64,000 nucleotides of DNA from Hydrogenophaga sp. (GTDB lineage: Bacteria > Pseudomonadota > Gammaproteobacteria > Burkholderiales > Burkholderiaceae_C), in the NCBI RefSeq assembly GCF_025699295.1, contig NZ_JAILWB010000018.1, forward strand, positions 1,309 to 65,308, in the 5' to 3' direction. Below the pieces are notes generated by a model. The model was given only the letters and a program-made list of their open reading frames with translations, ran no database searches and was not told the DNA's origin. The translations under genes and the position numbers were made by a program. How positions within the stretch are numbered: the stretch's first letter is position 1; each line of letters opens with the position of its first letter. Below are positions 35,389 to 47,201 of this stretch, one piece after another.

Positions 35389-35937
35389 ATGGAGAACACG
35401 ATGAGCGACAAACAGGTGCTGGTGCTGGGCGGTGGCTGCTTCTGGTGCACCGAGTCGGTATACAAGGAAGTGACGGGCGTGACCGACGTCGAGTCCGGTT
35501 ACAGCAACGGCCACGTGAAGCAGCCGAGCTACGAGGCGGTGTGCACCGGTACGACCGGGCACAACGAGGTGGTGCGCCTCGAATACGACCCGGCGCAGGT
35601 CAGCACGCGCGAGATCCTGGAAATCTTCTTCGTGATCCACGACCCGACCACGCTGAATCGCCAGGGCAACGACGTGGGCACGCAGTACCGCAGCGGCATC
35701 TACTTCACCACGCCCGAGCAGCAGCAGGTGGCTCAGTCGCTGATCGACGAGCTCACGAAGGACAAGGCCTTCGGTCAACCCATCGTCACGGAGGTGAAGG
35801 CGCTCGACAACTATTCCGCTGCCGAGGCCTACCACCAGGACTTCTTCGAGCGCAACCCGGACCAGGGCTACTGCATGATGGTGGCCGCGCCCAAGGTGGC
35901 GAAGTTCCGCAAGACCTTCGCGCGGCTGGCGAAGTAG
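35389..35937 (+). CDS. msrA: peptide-methionine (S)-S-oxide reductase
   Basis: GGGCFWC active site and GHNEVV...DP......R.G.D.G.QYRS. ATG 35401 is an alternative start preceded by GGAGA. Confidence 0.95.
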   Translation: MENTMSDKQVLVLGGGCFWCTESVYKEVTGVTDVESGYSNGHVKQPSYEAVCTGTTGHNEVVRLEYDPAQVSTREILEIFFVIHDPTTLNRQGNDVGTQYRSGIYFTTPEQQQVAQSLIDELTKDKAFGQPIVTEVKALDNYSAAEAYHQDFFERNPDQGYCMMVAAPKVAKFRKTFARLAK

Positions 35938-35946
35938 GCCGCCCGT

Positions 35947-36498
35947 TTACTTCGGCAGCATCACCTTGTCGATGACGTGGATCACGCCGTTGGACTGGTA
36001 GACGTCGGCAATGGTCACCGTGGCCACGCCGCCCTTTTCATCCGTCACGGTGACCTTGCCGCCGGCCGCCTTCGCCACCAGCGTGCCGCCGGCCACGGTC
36101 TTGATCGAGGCCATGCCCTTGCCGTCCATGACCATCTTGCCGATGGCGGCGGCGTCCCATTTGCCGGGCACGACGTGGTAGGTCAGGATGCCGGTGAGCA
36201 TGCCCTTGTTCTCGGGCTTGAGCAGCGTGTCCACGGTGCCGGCAGGCAGCGCGGCAAAAGCGGCGTTGGTGGGCGCGAACACGGTGAACGGGCCGGGGCC
36301 TTTCAGCGTGTCGACCAGGCCCGCGGCCTTCACCGCCGCCACCAGCGTGGTGTGGTCCTTCGAATTCACCGCGTTGTCGATGATGTCCTTGCTCGCCAGC
36401 ATGGGCGCGCCGCCCACCATGACTTGCGCAAAGGCTGAGAGGGATGCGCCGCCGATGGCCAGGGCCAGGACGGTCTTGCCGAGGGTGTGCTTGATCAT
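35947..36498 (-). CDS. secreted fasciclin (FAS1) domain protein
   Basis: Signal peptide ...SAFAQ, then [15 protein letters not shown] and the [16 protein letters not shown]1 motifs. AAGGAGA lies before ATG 36498. Confidence 0.9.
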   Translation of the reverse strand: MIKHTLGKTVLALAIGGASLSAFAQVMVGGAPMLASKDIIDNAVNSKDHTTLVAAVKAAGLVDTLKGPGPFTVFAPTNAAFAALPAGTVDTLLKPENKGMLTGILTYHVVPGKWDAAAIGKMVMDGKGMASIKTVAGGTLVAKAAGGKVTVTDEKGGVATVTIADVYQSNGVIHVIDKVMLPK

Positions 36499-36592
36499 GA
36501 AGTCTCCTTGAGGGGTTGAAGCCGGAACTGCGGCTGCAAGGAGATACGCAGTGCGGGCCCGCACTGGATTCAAAAAAATGCGGTGACGGGCC

Positions 36593-37501
36593 TCAGCGCG
36601 ACCCGGCCCGGCGCCGCAGGGCCCCGTGCAACAGCGGCCAGCAGACGATCACGGCCAGACCCATCAGCACCAGCGCCGCCGCCCCCAGCTTCCAGCCCGG
36701 CAGGGACTCACCCAGCGACAGGGCCGAAGCCCCCATGCCAAACACAGGGATCAACAGCGCCAGCGGCGTGACGGTGGCGGCCGGATGGCGTGCCAGCAGC
36801 CAGTTCCACAGGCCGTAGCCGTACAGCGTGTTGCCCACCGCCTGCCACAGCACGCTGGCCCAGACCAGCGTGCTCGCCTGCCGCACGCTCTCGGCCATGA
36901 GCTGCGGGCCTTCGATCAGCCAGGACAGCGCGAACAGCGGCGGCACCGCGAACAGGCTGCTCCAGACCATGAAGTGCAGCATGTTCACCGGCCCGAGCGA
37001 CTTGACCGTGAGGTTGGCCAGCGACCAGAAGAAGGCCGCGCCCAGCACCAGGCCGATGCCCAGCAGCGTGACCGTCGCGTCGAGGTGGGCCGCGATCACT
37101 CCCAGGCCGGCCAGTGCCAGCAGCAGGCCGATCACCTGGTAGCCGCGCACCTTCTCGCCCATGAGCCACAGCGACAGGCCGATGGTGAAAAAGACCTGCA
37201 GCTGCACCACCAGCGAGGCCAGGCCGGGCGAGATGCTGCTGCGCATGGCCAGGAACAGCAGGCCGAACTGGCCCACGCCCAGCAGCACGCCGAAGGTCGC
37301 GATCTTGCGCCAGGGCGCGGTCGGGCGCGGGATGAACAGCAGCCAGGGCAGGGCCGACAGCGCGAAGCGCAGCGTGGCGAAGAGAAAGGGCGGCAGGCCG
37401 TCCAGCCCCCAGCGGATCACGACGAAGTTCGTGCCCCAGACGAAGACCACCGAGAGGGCCAGGAGCAGGTGGGTCGTGGGCAATGCAGGCTCCGGTCGCA
37501 A
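36593..37501 (-). CDS. EamA-family (DMT) transporter
   Basis: 10-TM pattern with [14 protein letters not shown] and a duplicated EamA architecture. The predicted start is TTG, so the exact start is uncertain. Confidence 0.8.
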   Translation of the reverse strand: MRPEPALPTTHLLLALSVVFVWGTNFVVIRWGLDGLPPFLFATLRFALSALPWLLFIPRPTAPWRKIATFGVLLGVGQFGLLFLAMRSSISPGLASLVVQLQVFFTIGLSLWLMGEKVRGYQVIGLLLALAGLGVIAAHLDATVTLLGIGLVLGAAFFWSLANLTVKSLGPVNMLHFMVWSSLFAVPPLFALSWLIEGPQLMAESVRQASTLVWASVLWQAVGNTLYGYGLWNWLLARHPAATVTPLALLIPVFGMGASALSLGESLPGWKLGAAALVLMGLAVIVCWPLLHGALRRRAGSR

Positions 37502-37559
37502 GGGGCCCGCAGTATAGCGAGGCCGTGAAGGCGCGCGCTCCCGCGCGCGACAGACCGGT

Positions 37560-38948
37560 TCAGGGCCGCTGCAACGATGCGCGCGCGGCGACCACGCCAG
37601 CGGTCAAGACCAGCGCCAGCAGGCCCAGGGCCAAGGCCTGCCGGATCACCGCGGCCCCCAGGTCCCCCTGCGGCGCGACGAAGCGCGGAAGGTGGTCGAA
37701 GTCGTCCGCCGTGAGCCCCCGGTAGCTCATGATGCGCGGCACGAAAAAGTCCCGCCAGGCGTCCTCGTAGTCGTTGACGCGCTGCACGTGGCGCAGGTAG
37801 CGGGGTGCATCGATGCCGGCCAACCGGTCGGCCACCATGACCAGGGCCAGGCTCGGTGACGACCAGGCCCAGCGCTCCAGCGCGACAAAACGCCGCGCGC
37901 GTGCGCGGTCGAAGTCTTCCATCAAGGGCCTGATCTCCAGATCCTGCTGCAGGTAGCGCGGCAGGAACGACACCGGCCAGGCATGGCTGCTCCGCCCCGC
38001 GGGCGCGGCGTCGGGGTGCGCCGCATACCAGTCGGCGAGGTGTTCGTCCATGTGGACCTCGGCCTCCTGCTGGGCATGGCGCACCAGGGCGATGGCGCTC
38101 AGCCGCGACGGCATGGAGCTGTCCCGGTCCACCCAGGCGGCCAGGGCGGCGGGGACGACGAAGGTCGACAGCAGCCAGCAGGCCAGCAGGCCCAGTGTGG
38201 CCGAACCGGAGGACAGGGGCAGCAGGCAGAACCCGCCTGCCAGAGCCGTCCAGACCGCGCAGAAGGCCGCCAGGGTGATGAGCCAGGCCAACCAGGCGAT
38301 GCCACTGGCCCCCGGATCGAGCGCGAACGCGACCGAGGAGGCCGCCGCGGCCACACACCAGATGGCGACCGCGCGCAGCCCCAGCGCCCACGCGAAGACG
38401 CGGCCGGGCCGTGCGCGCTGCGCCACCACCAGTCGCCACTGCCCCTGTTCCCGCTCTTCCTGCACCAGGCCGCAGGTGAGCCCGAGTATGGCCAGGGGCA
38501 GCAGCAAGGCGACCACGGTCGCGAAGTCGGGCAGGCCGAAGTCCTCCAGCAGCGGGTTGCTCAGGCGCTCGGCCTTGCGCGCGTCCGTGTGCCGGCTCTC
38601 CACCGTCACGCGGGCGTCCGGGCTCAGCAGCTGGAAGGTCCCGGTGCCCAGTGCCAGACCCCCGAGGGCGGGCAACTGCGCCGGCGGTGCATCGGCGCGG
38701 GCGAACAGGAAGGCGGCCATCATCGCCTGCGTGCCGTTGCGTGGCTGGGCGGCCGCGGCCTGGGCCTTCAGGCGCGTGTGCTCCCAGTCCGCCTGCTGCA
38801 TGAGGGCGGCCGCGCGGTACTCGCGCGCGGCCAGGCCGGACCACACCGCGCTGGTCCCGAGCAGCAGCGCGAACACCGCGAGCACCCAGAGGTTCAGCGC
38901 TTGCCGGACGAAGCGGCGCCACTCGGCGCGGGCCAGTGCCGGGGTCAT
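37560..38948 (-). CDS. DUF3526-type ABC-2 permease (second of two)
   Basis: 462 aa with hydrophobic ABC-2-like segments plus a large soluble insert. The ATG overlaps the upstream stop (ATGA). It is a paralogue of the preceding gene, and the layout matches what I recall of DUF3526 proteins found next to TonB-dependent receptors. Confidence 0.6.
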   Translation of the reverse strand: MTPALARAEWRRFVRQALNLWVLAVFALLLGTSAVWSGLAAREYRAAALMQQADWEHTRLKAQAAAAQPRNGTQAMMAAFLFARADAPPAQLPALGGLALGTGTFQLLSPDARVTVESRHTDARKAERLSNPLLEDFGLPDFATVVALLLPLAILGLTCGLVQEEREQGQWRLVVAQRARPGRVFAWALGLRAVAIWCVAAAASSVAFALDPGASGIAWLAWLITLAAFCAVWTALAGGFCLLPLSSGSATLGLLACWLLSTFVVPAALAAWVDRDSSMPSRLSAIALVRHAQQEAEVHMDEHLADWYAAHPDAAPAGRSSHAWPVSFLPRYLQQDLEIRPLMEDFDRARARRFVALERWAWSSPSLALVMVADRLAGIDAPRYLRHVQRVNDYEDAWRDFFVPRIMSYRGLTADDFDHLPRFVAPQGDLGAAVIRQALALGLLALVLTAGVVAARASLQRP

Positions 38949-40363
38949 GGATCGAGCTTTCTCAGGCTGGCGCGCAGCAGCCCCGCCGATGCCAGGGCCC
39001 AGGCCAGCAACACCAGGAGGTCGGGCCAGGCCGCGCGCAGCGCGAACCCCACGCGCGGTGGCGCGTAACGAAAGGCTTCGACGGAGCGCCACAGGTCGTT
39101 GTTGGCGTAGCGGTCGTCAAACGACGTGATGCCCCGGGTGTTGTCCACGTCCCATTGGTCGATGCGGGTGTTGACCTGGCGCCGGTAGCCTTCGGCCGCT
39201 TCCTCGAAGTGCCGCTGGTGCGCGAGATCGGTGCCCGCCATCTTCATCGAGATCGCGCGCATGGCCACGGCGGGGCTGAGCAGGGCCGTCGCCCGGAGCC
39301 ATTGCTCCTGCCGGTGCTGGCGCTGCCACAGCGCGTCGAAATGCAGGGCATGAACCCGGTCCGCATAGGCATCGCGCGCCAGCCGCCGTGCGGCGGCGAC
39401 CCCGAAGGGCAGGTCCTCCAGGCGCTGCGCCTGGTGGCGGCGCAGCAGCTCGGCCTCGAACGCCTTGCCGCGCGTCGCCAGATCGGCGTCTCCGGGCAGG
39501 CCTTGCGTGTAGTCGCGGTGGATGTCGCCCCAGAACCGCTCGGCCGTTGGCAGCGGCACGGCGCGCTGCGCTGCCGCCGCACCCAGGCGCGGCACGGCGA
39601 AGACGAAAGCGACCCACAGGCCCAGCAGCACGAAGAGACTGAGCCGGCTGGTGCGCGTCCACGCCGAAACCGCGAGCGCGAGGGCCGCAAACACGCCGCA
39701 GTACAGCAGGTACGCGAGCGCCAGCAGCAGGCCGCGCCAGAGGGCATCGGCCGGCGGCAGCGTCCCCGCGGCCGCAAGACCCAGGCCGCCGCCGACCGCG
39801 AGCAGCAGCACCAGCGCCACGACAGCGAGCAGCGCCACCAGCTTGCCCACCAGCAGGCTGCCCCCGCGCAGGCCGGCGCTGTGCAGCATGCGCAGCGTGC
39901 CGCTTTCGCGCTCCTGGCTGACGGCGTGGAAGGCCAGCGCAATGATCAGGAGCGGCAGCAGGACCACCAGGGCGAAGGCCGGGGTCGGCTGGCCGAAGCG
40001 CACCGAGGGCGGCTCGTCGGCGGCGGGTCGGAACCGCGTCATGTTGCGCCGGTGCGGCTCGAGCCAGAGTGCCTGGCCCAGGTAGGGATCGAGACCCGGG
40101 TCGATGCCGGCCAGCGGTGAATCGGGGCGCAGCGCGTACAAGCCGAAGTGCGCGCCGCGGTGGGGATGTTTGTCACCCTGGTCATCCCATTGTTCGCGCA
40201 CGAGCGCCGCCACCTCCGCCTTCTCCTCGGCCAGCCGCTGGTGTTGCTGTGCGGAAGCGGCCAGCAACCCGGCCAGCAGCAGTCCCAGGGACAGCGCGAG
40301 AACGGCGAACCGTCCGTCGCGCACGATGGCCCGCCATTCCTTGCGAACGATCGCCAGCATCAC
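38945..40363 (-). CDS. DUF3526-type ABC-2 permease (first of two)
   Basis: 472 aa. MLAIVRKEWRAIVRDGRF N-terminus and the SQERESGTL motif typical of ABC-2/NosY-like permeases. Overlaps the ATPase gene stop. Confidence 0.6.
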   Translation of the reverse strand: MMLAIVRKEWRAIVRDGRFAVLALSLGLLLAGLLAASAQQHQRLAEEKAEVAALVREQWDDQGDKHPHRGAHFGLYALRPDSPLAGIDPGLDPYLGQALWLEPHRRNMTRFRPAADEPPSVRFGQPTPAFALVVLLPLLIIALAFHAVSQERESGTLRMLHSAGLRGGSLLVGKLVALLAVVALVLLLAVGGGLGLAAAGTLPPADALWRGLLLALAYLLYCGVFAALALAVSAWTRTSRLSLFVLLGLWVAFVFAVPRLGAAAAQRAVPLPTAERFWGDIHRDYTQGLPGDADLATRGKAFEAELLRRHQAQRLEDLPFGVAAARRLARDAYADRVHALHFDALWQRQHRQEQWLRATALLSPAVAMRAISMKMAGTDLAHQRHFEEAAEGYRRQVNTRIDQWDVDNTRGITSFDDRYANNDLWRSVEAFRYAPPRVGFALRAAWPDLLVLLAWALASAGLLRASLRKLDP

Positions 40364-41103
40364 GGCGACGTCTCCGCCGTTGCGTTGCGGGTGTGCAGGA
40401 GGTAGGCGCGCTCCAGCGCATCGTGGCTGACGGTGTGGGCATCGAATTCGGCCACGAGCCGGCCTTCTCGCATGATCCCGATGCGGTCGGCCACCTGGCG
40501 CGCGTTGAACAGGTCGTGCGTCGCCATCAGCACGGCCATGCCGCCATCGGCCGCGGCGCGAACGCGCTGTGCGAAGTCGTTGGCGGCGCCCGGATCCAGC
40601 CCGGACGTGGGCTCGTCCAGCAGCATGGCGCCAGCCTGCTTGGCGTGCGCGATGGCCAGGCCCACCTTCTGGCGCATCCCCTTCGAATACGTCGCCACCC
40701 GCGCGCCATGCGCCCGGGTCTGCAGCCCGGCCTGCTCCAGCAGCGTGCGCGCCGAGGCGCCCGTGACCACGATGCCCGCCAGCGTGCAGAAGTACTGCAG
40801 GTTCTCTGCCCCGCTCAGGTAGGGGTAGAGCGCCACGTTCTCGGGCAGGTAGGCCAGTTGCCGGCGCACCTGTGCCGCGTTCCGGGTCGGGGAGAAGCCG
40901 CCAACCCGGGCCTCGCCCGACGTGGGCGCGATGAAGCCCAGGAGCACATCGAGCGTGGTGGTCTTGCCCGCGCCGTTGCCGCCCAGCAGGGCATAGACGC
41001 TGCCTGCATGAACATCGAGATCGAGCCGGTCGATGGTGCGCCGTCCGCCGCGCTCGACCTCGATCGCCCGCAGCGAGAGCATGCCTTCCCTCATGCGCTG
41101 CAC
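40360..41103 (-). CDS. ABC transporter ATP-binding protein (ABC-2 type)
   Basis: Walker A GGNGAGKTT, signature YSKGMRQK and Walker B MLLDEPTSGLD. The start (GTG 41103, or ATG 41094/41082) abuts the receptor stop. Confidence 0.9.
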   Translation of the reverse strand: MQRMREGMLSLRAIEVERGGRRTIDRLDLDVHAGSVYALLGGNGAGKTTTLDVLLGFIAPTSGEARVGGFSPTRNAAQVRRQLAYLPENVALYPYLSGAENLQYFCTLAGIVVTGASARTLLEQAGLQTRAHGARVATYSKGMRQKVGLAIAHAKQAGAMLLDEPTSGLDPGAANDFAQRVRAAADGGMAVLMATHDLFNARQVADRIGIMREGRLVAEFDAHTVSHDALERAYLLHTRNATAETSP

Positions 41104-43227
41104 CTAGAAAAAGTAGCGCACCGACGCACCCACCTGGGTGCGGGGTTGCGGCGAGATCATCAGGCCCGCCGAGGTGCCGTAGGCGATGTCCGCGGCGAAG
41201 CGGCGCGGCTGGAAGACCGCGAAGACGGAGAACTGGAGCTTCTCGACGTCGTACGTGGCCTTGAGGTCGTAGCGCGTGTAGGTGGGCATGGTGCGCAGCT
41301 GGGTCTGCGGCGTTCCCACGTAGTACGGGTTCTGCGCCGTCAGGTACGCATCGGCGTTGAGCGTGAGGCGACCGGCGCCGAACCGCTGGCGGTACTCGGC
41401 ACCGAGCTTGAGCTGGTGCTCCGGCACGGAGAGCCGCGCCCCCGCGGTGGGCAGGGGGTTGTTGATGCGCGCTTCGAGGATGCGACCGTAGCTGCCGTAC
41501 ACGGACCAGCTCGCGCCCAGCCGCAGGCGCGTTTCCAGTTCGAAGCCCCGGCGCGTGGTGTCGCCCACCGATCGGAAGGAACCGTCGGGCTGGGCCACGA
41601 TTTCATCCTCGTTGAGCGTGTGATAGACCGCGCCCGATGCGGTCCAGTTCGGCGTCGGGGTGACGGTGAAGCCGATGTCGTGGGACTTCACCTTCGAGGG
41701 CGACACGTCGCTGACCGTACCCCCGGCCGCGCCCAGAGGGCCTGTCGAGCCGCTGCCGCTGATCTGTTCGGCGGCCGGCGAGCGAAAGCCCTCGGCCACG
41801 TTCGCGAAGACATCGAGCGTGGGCGTGACGCGCCACACCGCACCCAGCCTGGGCGTGGTCACCGCGTCCTTGTAGGCGGTGGATGCGCCCGGCAACTTGC
41901 GGTTTTCGATGTCGTAGTCGAACCAGTCGCGCCGCACGCCACCCAGCAGCTTGAAGTCCGGCGCCGGCTTGTACTGGGCTTGCGCGAAGAAGCCGTAGGT
42001 GAGCAAGTCGAGCCGCTGGTTGTTGACGTAGTTCGCGGTCGGTGCCCCGGCGATCCAGATCCGCCGGGTGGCGTCGCCCTCGTCGCGGCGCAGCTCGCCG
42101 CCCAAGGTGAGCGACGCGCTGTCGTCGAAAACGAAGTTGCGGGACAGCCGGCCGCCGAAGAAGTGGCGGTCGTCCGCACCCACCGTGTGCTGGACGCTGC
42201 TGTTGGTCGCGCCGCGCACGCGCTCGAAACTTTCCAGGTAGGCGGTCGCCGACCAGCCTGCCTCGCCCACCGCCGGGGACCGGTTGAACACCAGCGCGGT
42301 GCGTTCTCCGCTGCTGTAGCCCGGCAGGTTGGACTGCGTCGAGCGCGGATCGACCGCACCCCGTTGCAGATCGGGCAGCAGCAGATACCCCGCGGCGACC
42401 GCGTCTGCCCGGTAGTGGTTGATGCGCAGGCTGTAGAGACCATCACCCACGCGGGTGGAGAGCTTCCAGAAGATGTTGTCGCGCGCGACCTGGCCGTCGC
42501 GGCGGTAGCTGTCCGTGCGGTAGCTGTCCGCGATGAGGAGCGACTGGACCTCGCTGAAGGTGTTCGACAGCACCAGCGACGCCCGGCGGCCTCCGTAGCT
42601 CTCGAGCGAGAGCCCGACGCTAGAGGGAATGGGGCCGGTCTGCGTGGTGAGGTTCACGGCCCCGGCGCGGTTCTGGTCACCGTACAGCGCGGAAATCGGT
42701 CCCTTGATGACGTCGATGCGCCCGATCATGTCGGGCGTGATCCATTCCAGGTAGGCCGGCCCGTGTCCGGCGCCGGCCTGGCTGGAGGGCATGTTCTGGG
42801 GCACGCCATCCACGTAGACCGACGTGTCCGCGCCGTGCGTGCCTTGTGTCGCAAAGCCGCGCATGCGAAAGCCGTTGCCCGTTTCGCCCTGGTCGATGCT
42901 GTTGGCCACGACGCCCGGCACGCGCCGGAAGACGTTGGAGATGTCCCGGCCCACGTTGAGGGTGTCGATGTCCTCCCGGGTGATGACGGTGAGGGCCGAG
43001 GGCAGGCCGGTGCTGTCGTTGGTGACCTGGCTGCGTTTGCCCTGCAAGTCGGCCTGCCCGTGATCGGCGGTGACTCTCACCTCCTGCAGCGTGGGGGCCG
43101 ACCCGGCGGGCTCACCGGCGGTGGTCTGCGCGGCGCTCACGCCACAGAACGCGGCGCTCATGCCGAGCACAAGGGGCAGGGGGCGCAACAGCGGCGTGGC
43201 ACGGCGGTGTGGAGGCAGATGTTTCAT
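41104..43227 (-). CDS. TonB-dependent receptor
   Basis: Signal peptide, a plug domain (ALTVITREDI......D....L.RVPGV....G......RGF) and a terminal aromatic ...VRYFF. Confidence 0.9.
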   Translation of the reverse strand: MKHLPPHRRATPLLRPLPLVLGMSAAFCGVSAAQTTAGEPAGSAPTLQEVRVTADHGQADLQGKRSQVTNDSTGLPSALTVITREDIDTLNVGRDISNVFRRVPGVVANSIDQGETGNGFRMRGFATQGTHGADTSVYVDGVPQNMPSSQAGAGHGPAYLEWITPDMIGRIDVIKGPISALYGDQNRAGAVNLTTQTGPIPSSVGLSLESYGGRRASLVLSNTFSEVQSLLIADSYRTDSYRRDGQVARDNIFWKLSTRVGDGLYSLRINHYRADAVAAGYLLLPDLQRGAVDPRSTQSNLPGYSSGERTALVFNRSPAVGEAGWSATAYLESFERVRGATNSSVQHTVGADDRHFFGGRLSRNFVFDDSASLTLGGELRRDEGDATRRIWIAGAPTANYVNNQRLDLLTYGFFAQAQYKPAPDFKLLGGVRRDWFDYDIENRKLPGASTAYKDAVTTPRLGAVWRVTPTLDVFANVAEGFRSPAAEQISGSGSTGPLGAAGGTVSDVSPSKVKSHDIGFTVTPTPNWTASGAVYHTLNEDEIVAQPDGSFRSVGDTTRRGFELETRLRLGASWSVYGSYGRILEARINNPLPTAGARLSVPEHQLKLGAEYRQRFGAGRLTLNADAYLTAQNPYYVGTPQTQLRTMPTYTRYDLKATYDVEKLQFSVFAVFQPRRFAADIAYGTSAGLMISPQPRTQVGASVRYFF

Positions 43228-43308
43228 GGGCGTATCAGGCGGAGAAAAGGACCTGCCCGGCGGGCAAGTGGTGGAAGTCGTTGAGGAGGCGCGCTGCCTG
43301 CGCCGTGT

Positions 43309-45172
<1,864 letters not shown>

Positions 45173-45176
<4 letters not shown>

Positions 45177-45961
45177 GCCATGACCTCACGGACCGGTGTC
45201 CCGGGGGTGGCGTTGCAGGGCGGCGCCTCGTCGTCAAAGGGTTCCTGCATGTGCAGCGCGCGTTGCCAGTTCGCGGGCGTGAGCACGTTGGCGGTGGGCC
45301 CCCAGGCGATGGGCTCGCGCGCGAGCAGCAGCGTCTGCGGGAAATGCGCGCGCACCTGCGCCAGGTCGTGCAGCACCGCCACCACGGTCTTGCCCTGCGC
45401 CTGCCAGCGGTGCAGCAGGGCCAGCAGGTCGTTGGTGGTGCGCTGGTCGATCGCCGCGAAGGGCTCGTCCAGCAGGACCACGGGGGCGTCCTGCAGGACC
45501 AGCCGGGCGAACAGGGCGCGCTGCAGCTGCCCGCCCGAGAGCGTGTCGATGCCGCGCCTCTCGAAGCCCAGCAGGCCCACCTCGGCCAGGGCGTCGTGGC
45601 AGGCCTGGCGGTGAGCAGCGGTGTAGCGGCCCAGGGCGCCGACTTCGTGCCACAGGCCCAGCATCACCATGTCCTGCACGGCAATCGGGAAGCTGCGGTC
45701 GATGCCCGATGGCTGCGGCAGCCAGGCCACGCGGTGCGTCTCCAGGCCGTCGATCCAGCCCCCGATGGGCCTGAGCCGCCCCGCCAGGGCCTTGATCAGG
45801 GTGGACTTGCCCGCCCCGTTGGGGCCCACCACCGCCACCAGCGAACCGGCCGCGACGGCGATGGACAGGTGGTGCACCGCGGGGTGCTGTTCATAGCCCA
45901 GGGTCAGGTCGCGCAGGACGAACGTGGTGGCCGGGACGGCGGAAGGCGTTTGGGGTGGCAC
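45173..45961 (-). CDS. znuC: zinc ABC transporter ATP-binding protein
   Basis: Walker A GPNGAGKST, signature LSGGQLQR and Walker B LLDEPFAAID. GTG start. Overlaps the znuB start (ATGA-type). Confidence 0.9.
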
Positions 45962-45979
45962 GGTTGTTTGGGACTAAGA

Positions 45980-46000
45980 TATTGCAACTCGATTGCGATA
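45980..46000. promoter_or_regulatory. imperfect 9-3-9 palindrome, second candidate Zur box (znuC side)
   Basis: TATTGCAAC tcg ATTGCGATA. The half-sites agree at 7/9 positions and resemble the arms of the perfect palindrome 30 bp away. It lies 19 nt from the znuC start. Confidence 0.4.
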
Positions 46001-46010
46001 GCGCGCATGT

Positions 46011-46031
46011 TAACGCAACTATGTTGCGTTA
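46011..46031. promoter_or_regulatory. perfect 9-3-9 palindrome, candidate Zur box (zur side)
   Basis: TAACGCAAC tat GTTGCGTTA, 14 nt upstream of the zur ATG, in the 83-bp AT-rich divergent region between znuC and zur. Confidence 0.6.
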
Positions 46032-46044
46032 TTCAGGAGATCCC

Positions 46045-46545
46045 ATGTCACCCCGTCCCCCCAGAGAAACGGCCACCGTGCCGCCGCACATCCAGACCCG
46101 CCTGGAGGCGGCCGGCCTGCGCCGCACGCTGGCCACGCGCGCGGTGCTGGGGCTCTTCCTGGCCAAGCCGACGGATGGCCTCACGCACGCCCAAGCCCTG
46201 GGCGCGCTCACCGCGCGCGGGCTGGAGATCAACCGCGTGACGCTGTACCGCCTGCTGGACCGGCTGGCCGCCTGCGGCGTGCTGCAGCGCCACACCGACG
46301 ACCAGGCCCGCACCTGGCGCTTCAGCCTGGCGCCGCTGGAGACCGACGCTGCCGACGAGGGCGCGCTGCCGCGCTTCGAATGCGACGCCTGCCACCGCCA
46401 GTTCCGCCTGGCCGATGCCGGCGCGCCCACGCGCGCCATCGCGCAGGACCTGCTCGACACGCTGGCGCGCCTGGGCCACCAGGGTGAGCGGGTGGATGTG
46501 TCGGTGCACGGCACCTGCTCGAGCTGCGTGGAGTCGGCCGCGTGA
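46045..46545 (+). CDS. zur: Fur-family zinc uptake regulator
   Basis: Winged-helix region (THAQALGALTARGLEINRVTLYRLLDRLAACGVL) and two Cys pairs (CDAC ... CSSC). Divergent from znuCBA. AGGAGA precedes ATG 46045. Confidence 0.85.
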   Translation: MSPRPPRETATVPPHIQTRLEAAGLRRTLATRAVLGLFLAKPTDGLTHAQALGALTARGLEINRVTLYRLLDRLAACGVLQRHTDDQARTWRFSLAPLETDAADEGALPRFECDACHRQFRLADAGAPTRAIAQDLLDTLARLGHQGERVDVSVHGTCSSCVESAA

Positions 46546-47201
46546 TCGCATCGCGCGGTGTGTCCTACGCCTACCCGCGCAGCGCAGCGCTGCGCCTGGG
46601 CGATGTGTCGGTGCCGCAAGGCGGCGTGCTGCTGCTGCGCGGCCCGTCGGGCAGCGGCAAGTCGACCTGGCTGGCGCTGGCCGCCGGCCTGCTCACGCCG
46701 TCGGCGGGTGAGATGGTGGTGGCCGGGCAGTCCGTCGGTAAGCTGCCGCCCGGCGCGCGCGACGCCTGGCGGGCGCGCCACATCGGCTTTCTGCCGCAGA
46801 AGCTGTTCCTGAGCGAGGCGCTTGGCGTGGCCGACAACCTGGCGCTGGCGTATTTCGCTGCCGGCTTGCCGGTGGACCGCGGCGCCATTGCGCAGGCGCT
46901 GGACAGCCTGGGCGTGGGCGACCTGGCGGCGCGCCGGCCATCGCAGCTCTCGGGCGGGCAGGCGCTGCGGGTGGCGCTGGCGCGCGCCACGCTCCTGCGT
47001 CCGCGCGTGATCCTGGCCGACGAGCCCACCGCCAGCCTGGACGACGACGCCTGCGCCGCCGCGCTGCAGCGGCTGCAGGGCCACGCCGCGGCGCTGCAGG
47101 CCACGCTGGTGATCGCCACGCACGATGCGCGCGTGCTGCAGGCGCTGCCGCGGGCTGAAGTGCTGGCCTTCCCGGCGGTCGCCGCGCGGATCCCCGCATG
47201 A
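46542..47201 (+). CDS. ABC transporter ATP-binding protein (LolD/MacB-type)
   Basis: Walker A GPSGSGKST, signature LSGGQALRVALARA and Walker B ILADEPTASLD. The GTG start overlaps the zur stop (GTGA). Confidence 0.9.
   Translation: MIASRGVSYAYPRSAALRLGDVSVPQGGVLLLRGPSGSGKSTWLALAAGLLTPSAGEMVVAGQSVGKLPPGARDAWRARHIGFLPQKLFLSEALGVADNLALAYFAAGLPVDRGAIAQALDSLGVGDLAARRPSQLSGGQALRVALARATLLRPRVILADEPTASLDDDACAAALQRLQGHAAALQATLVIATHDARVLQALPRAEVLAFPAVAARIPA

Noticed and set aside
36549-36566. Palindrome CAGTGCGGGCCCGCACTG between the EamA and fasciclin genes as a terminator
   Set aside because: On the transcribed (minus) strand the T-run precedes the hairpin rather than following it. On the plus strand an A-run follows it. 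The orientation is wrong for intrinsic termination of either gene.
43228-43308. Separate Zur box in front of the TonB-dependent receptor
   Set aside because: No AT-rich palindrome or TTGC(G/A)A-type half-site is visible in the gap. Only a short GC hairpin with a T-rich tail is present. Any zinc control would have to come from the znuC promoter or a site I cannot see.
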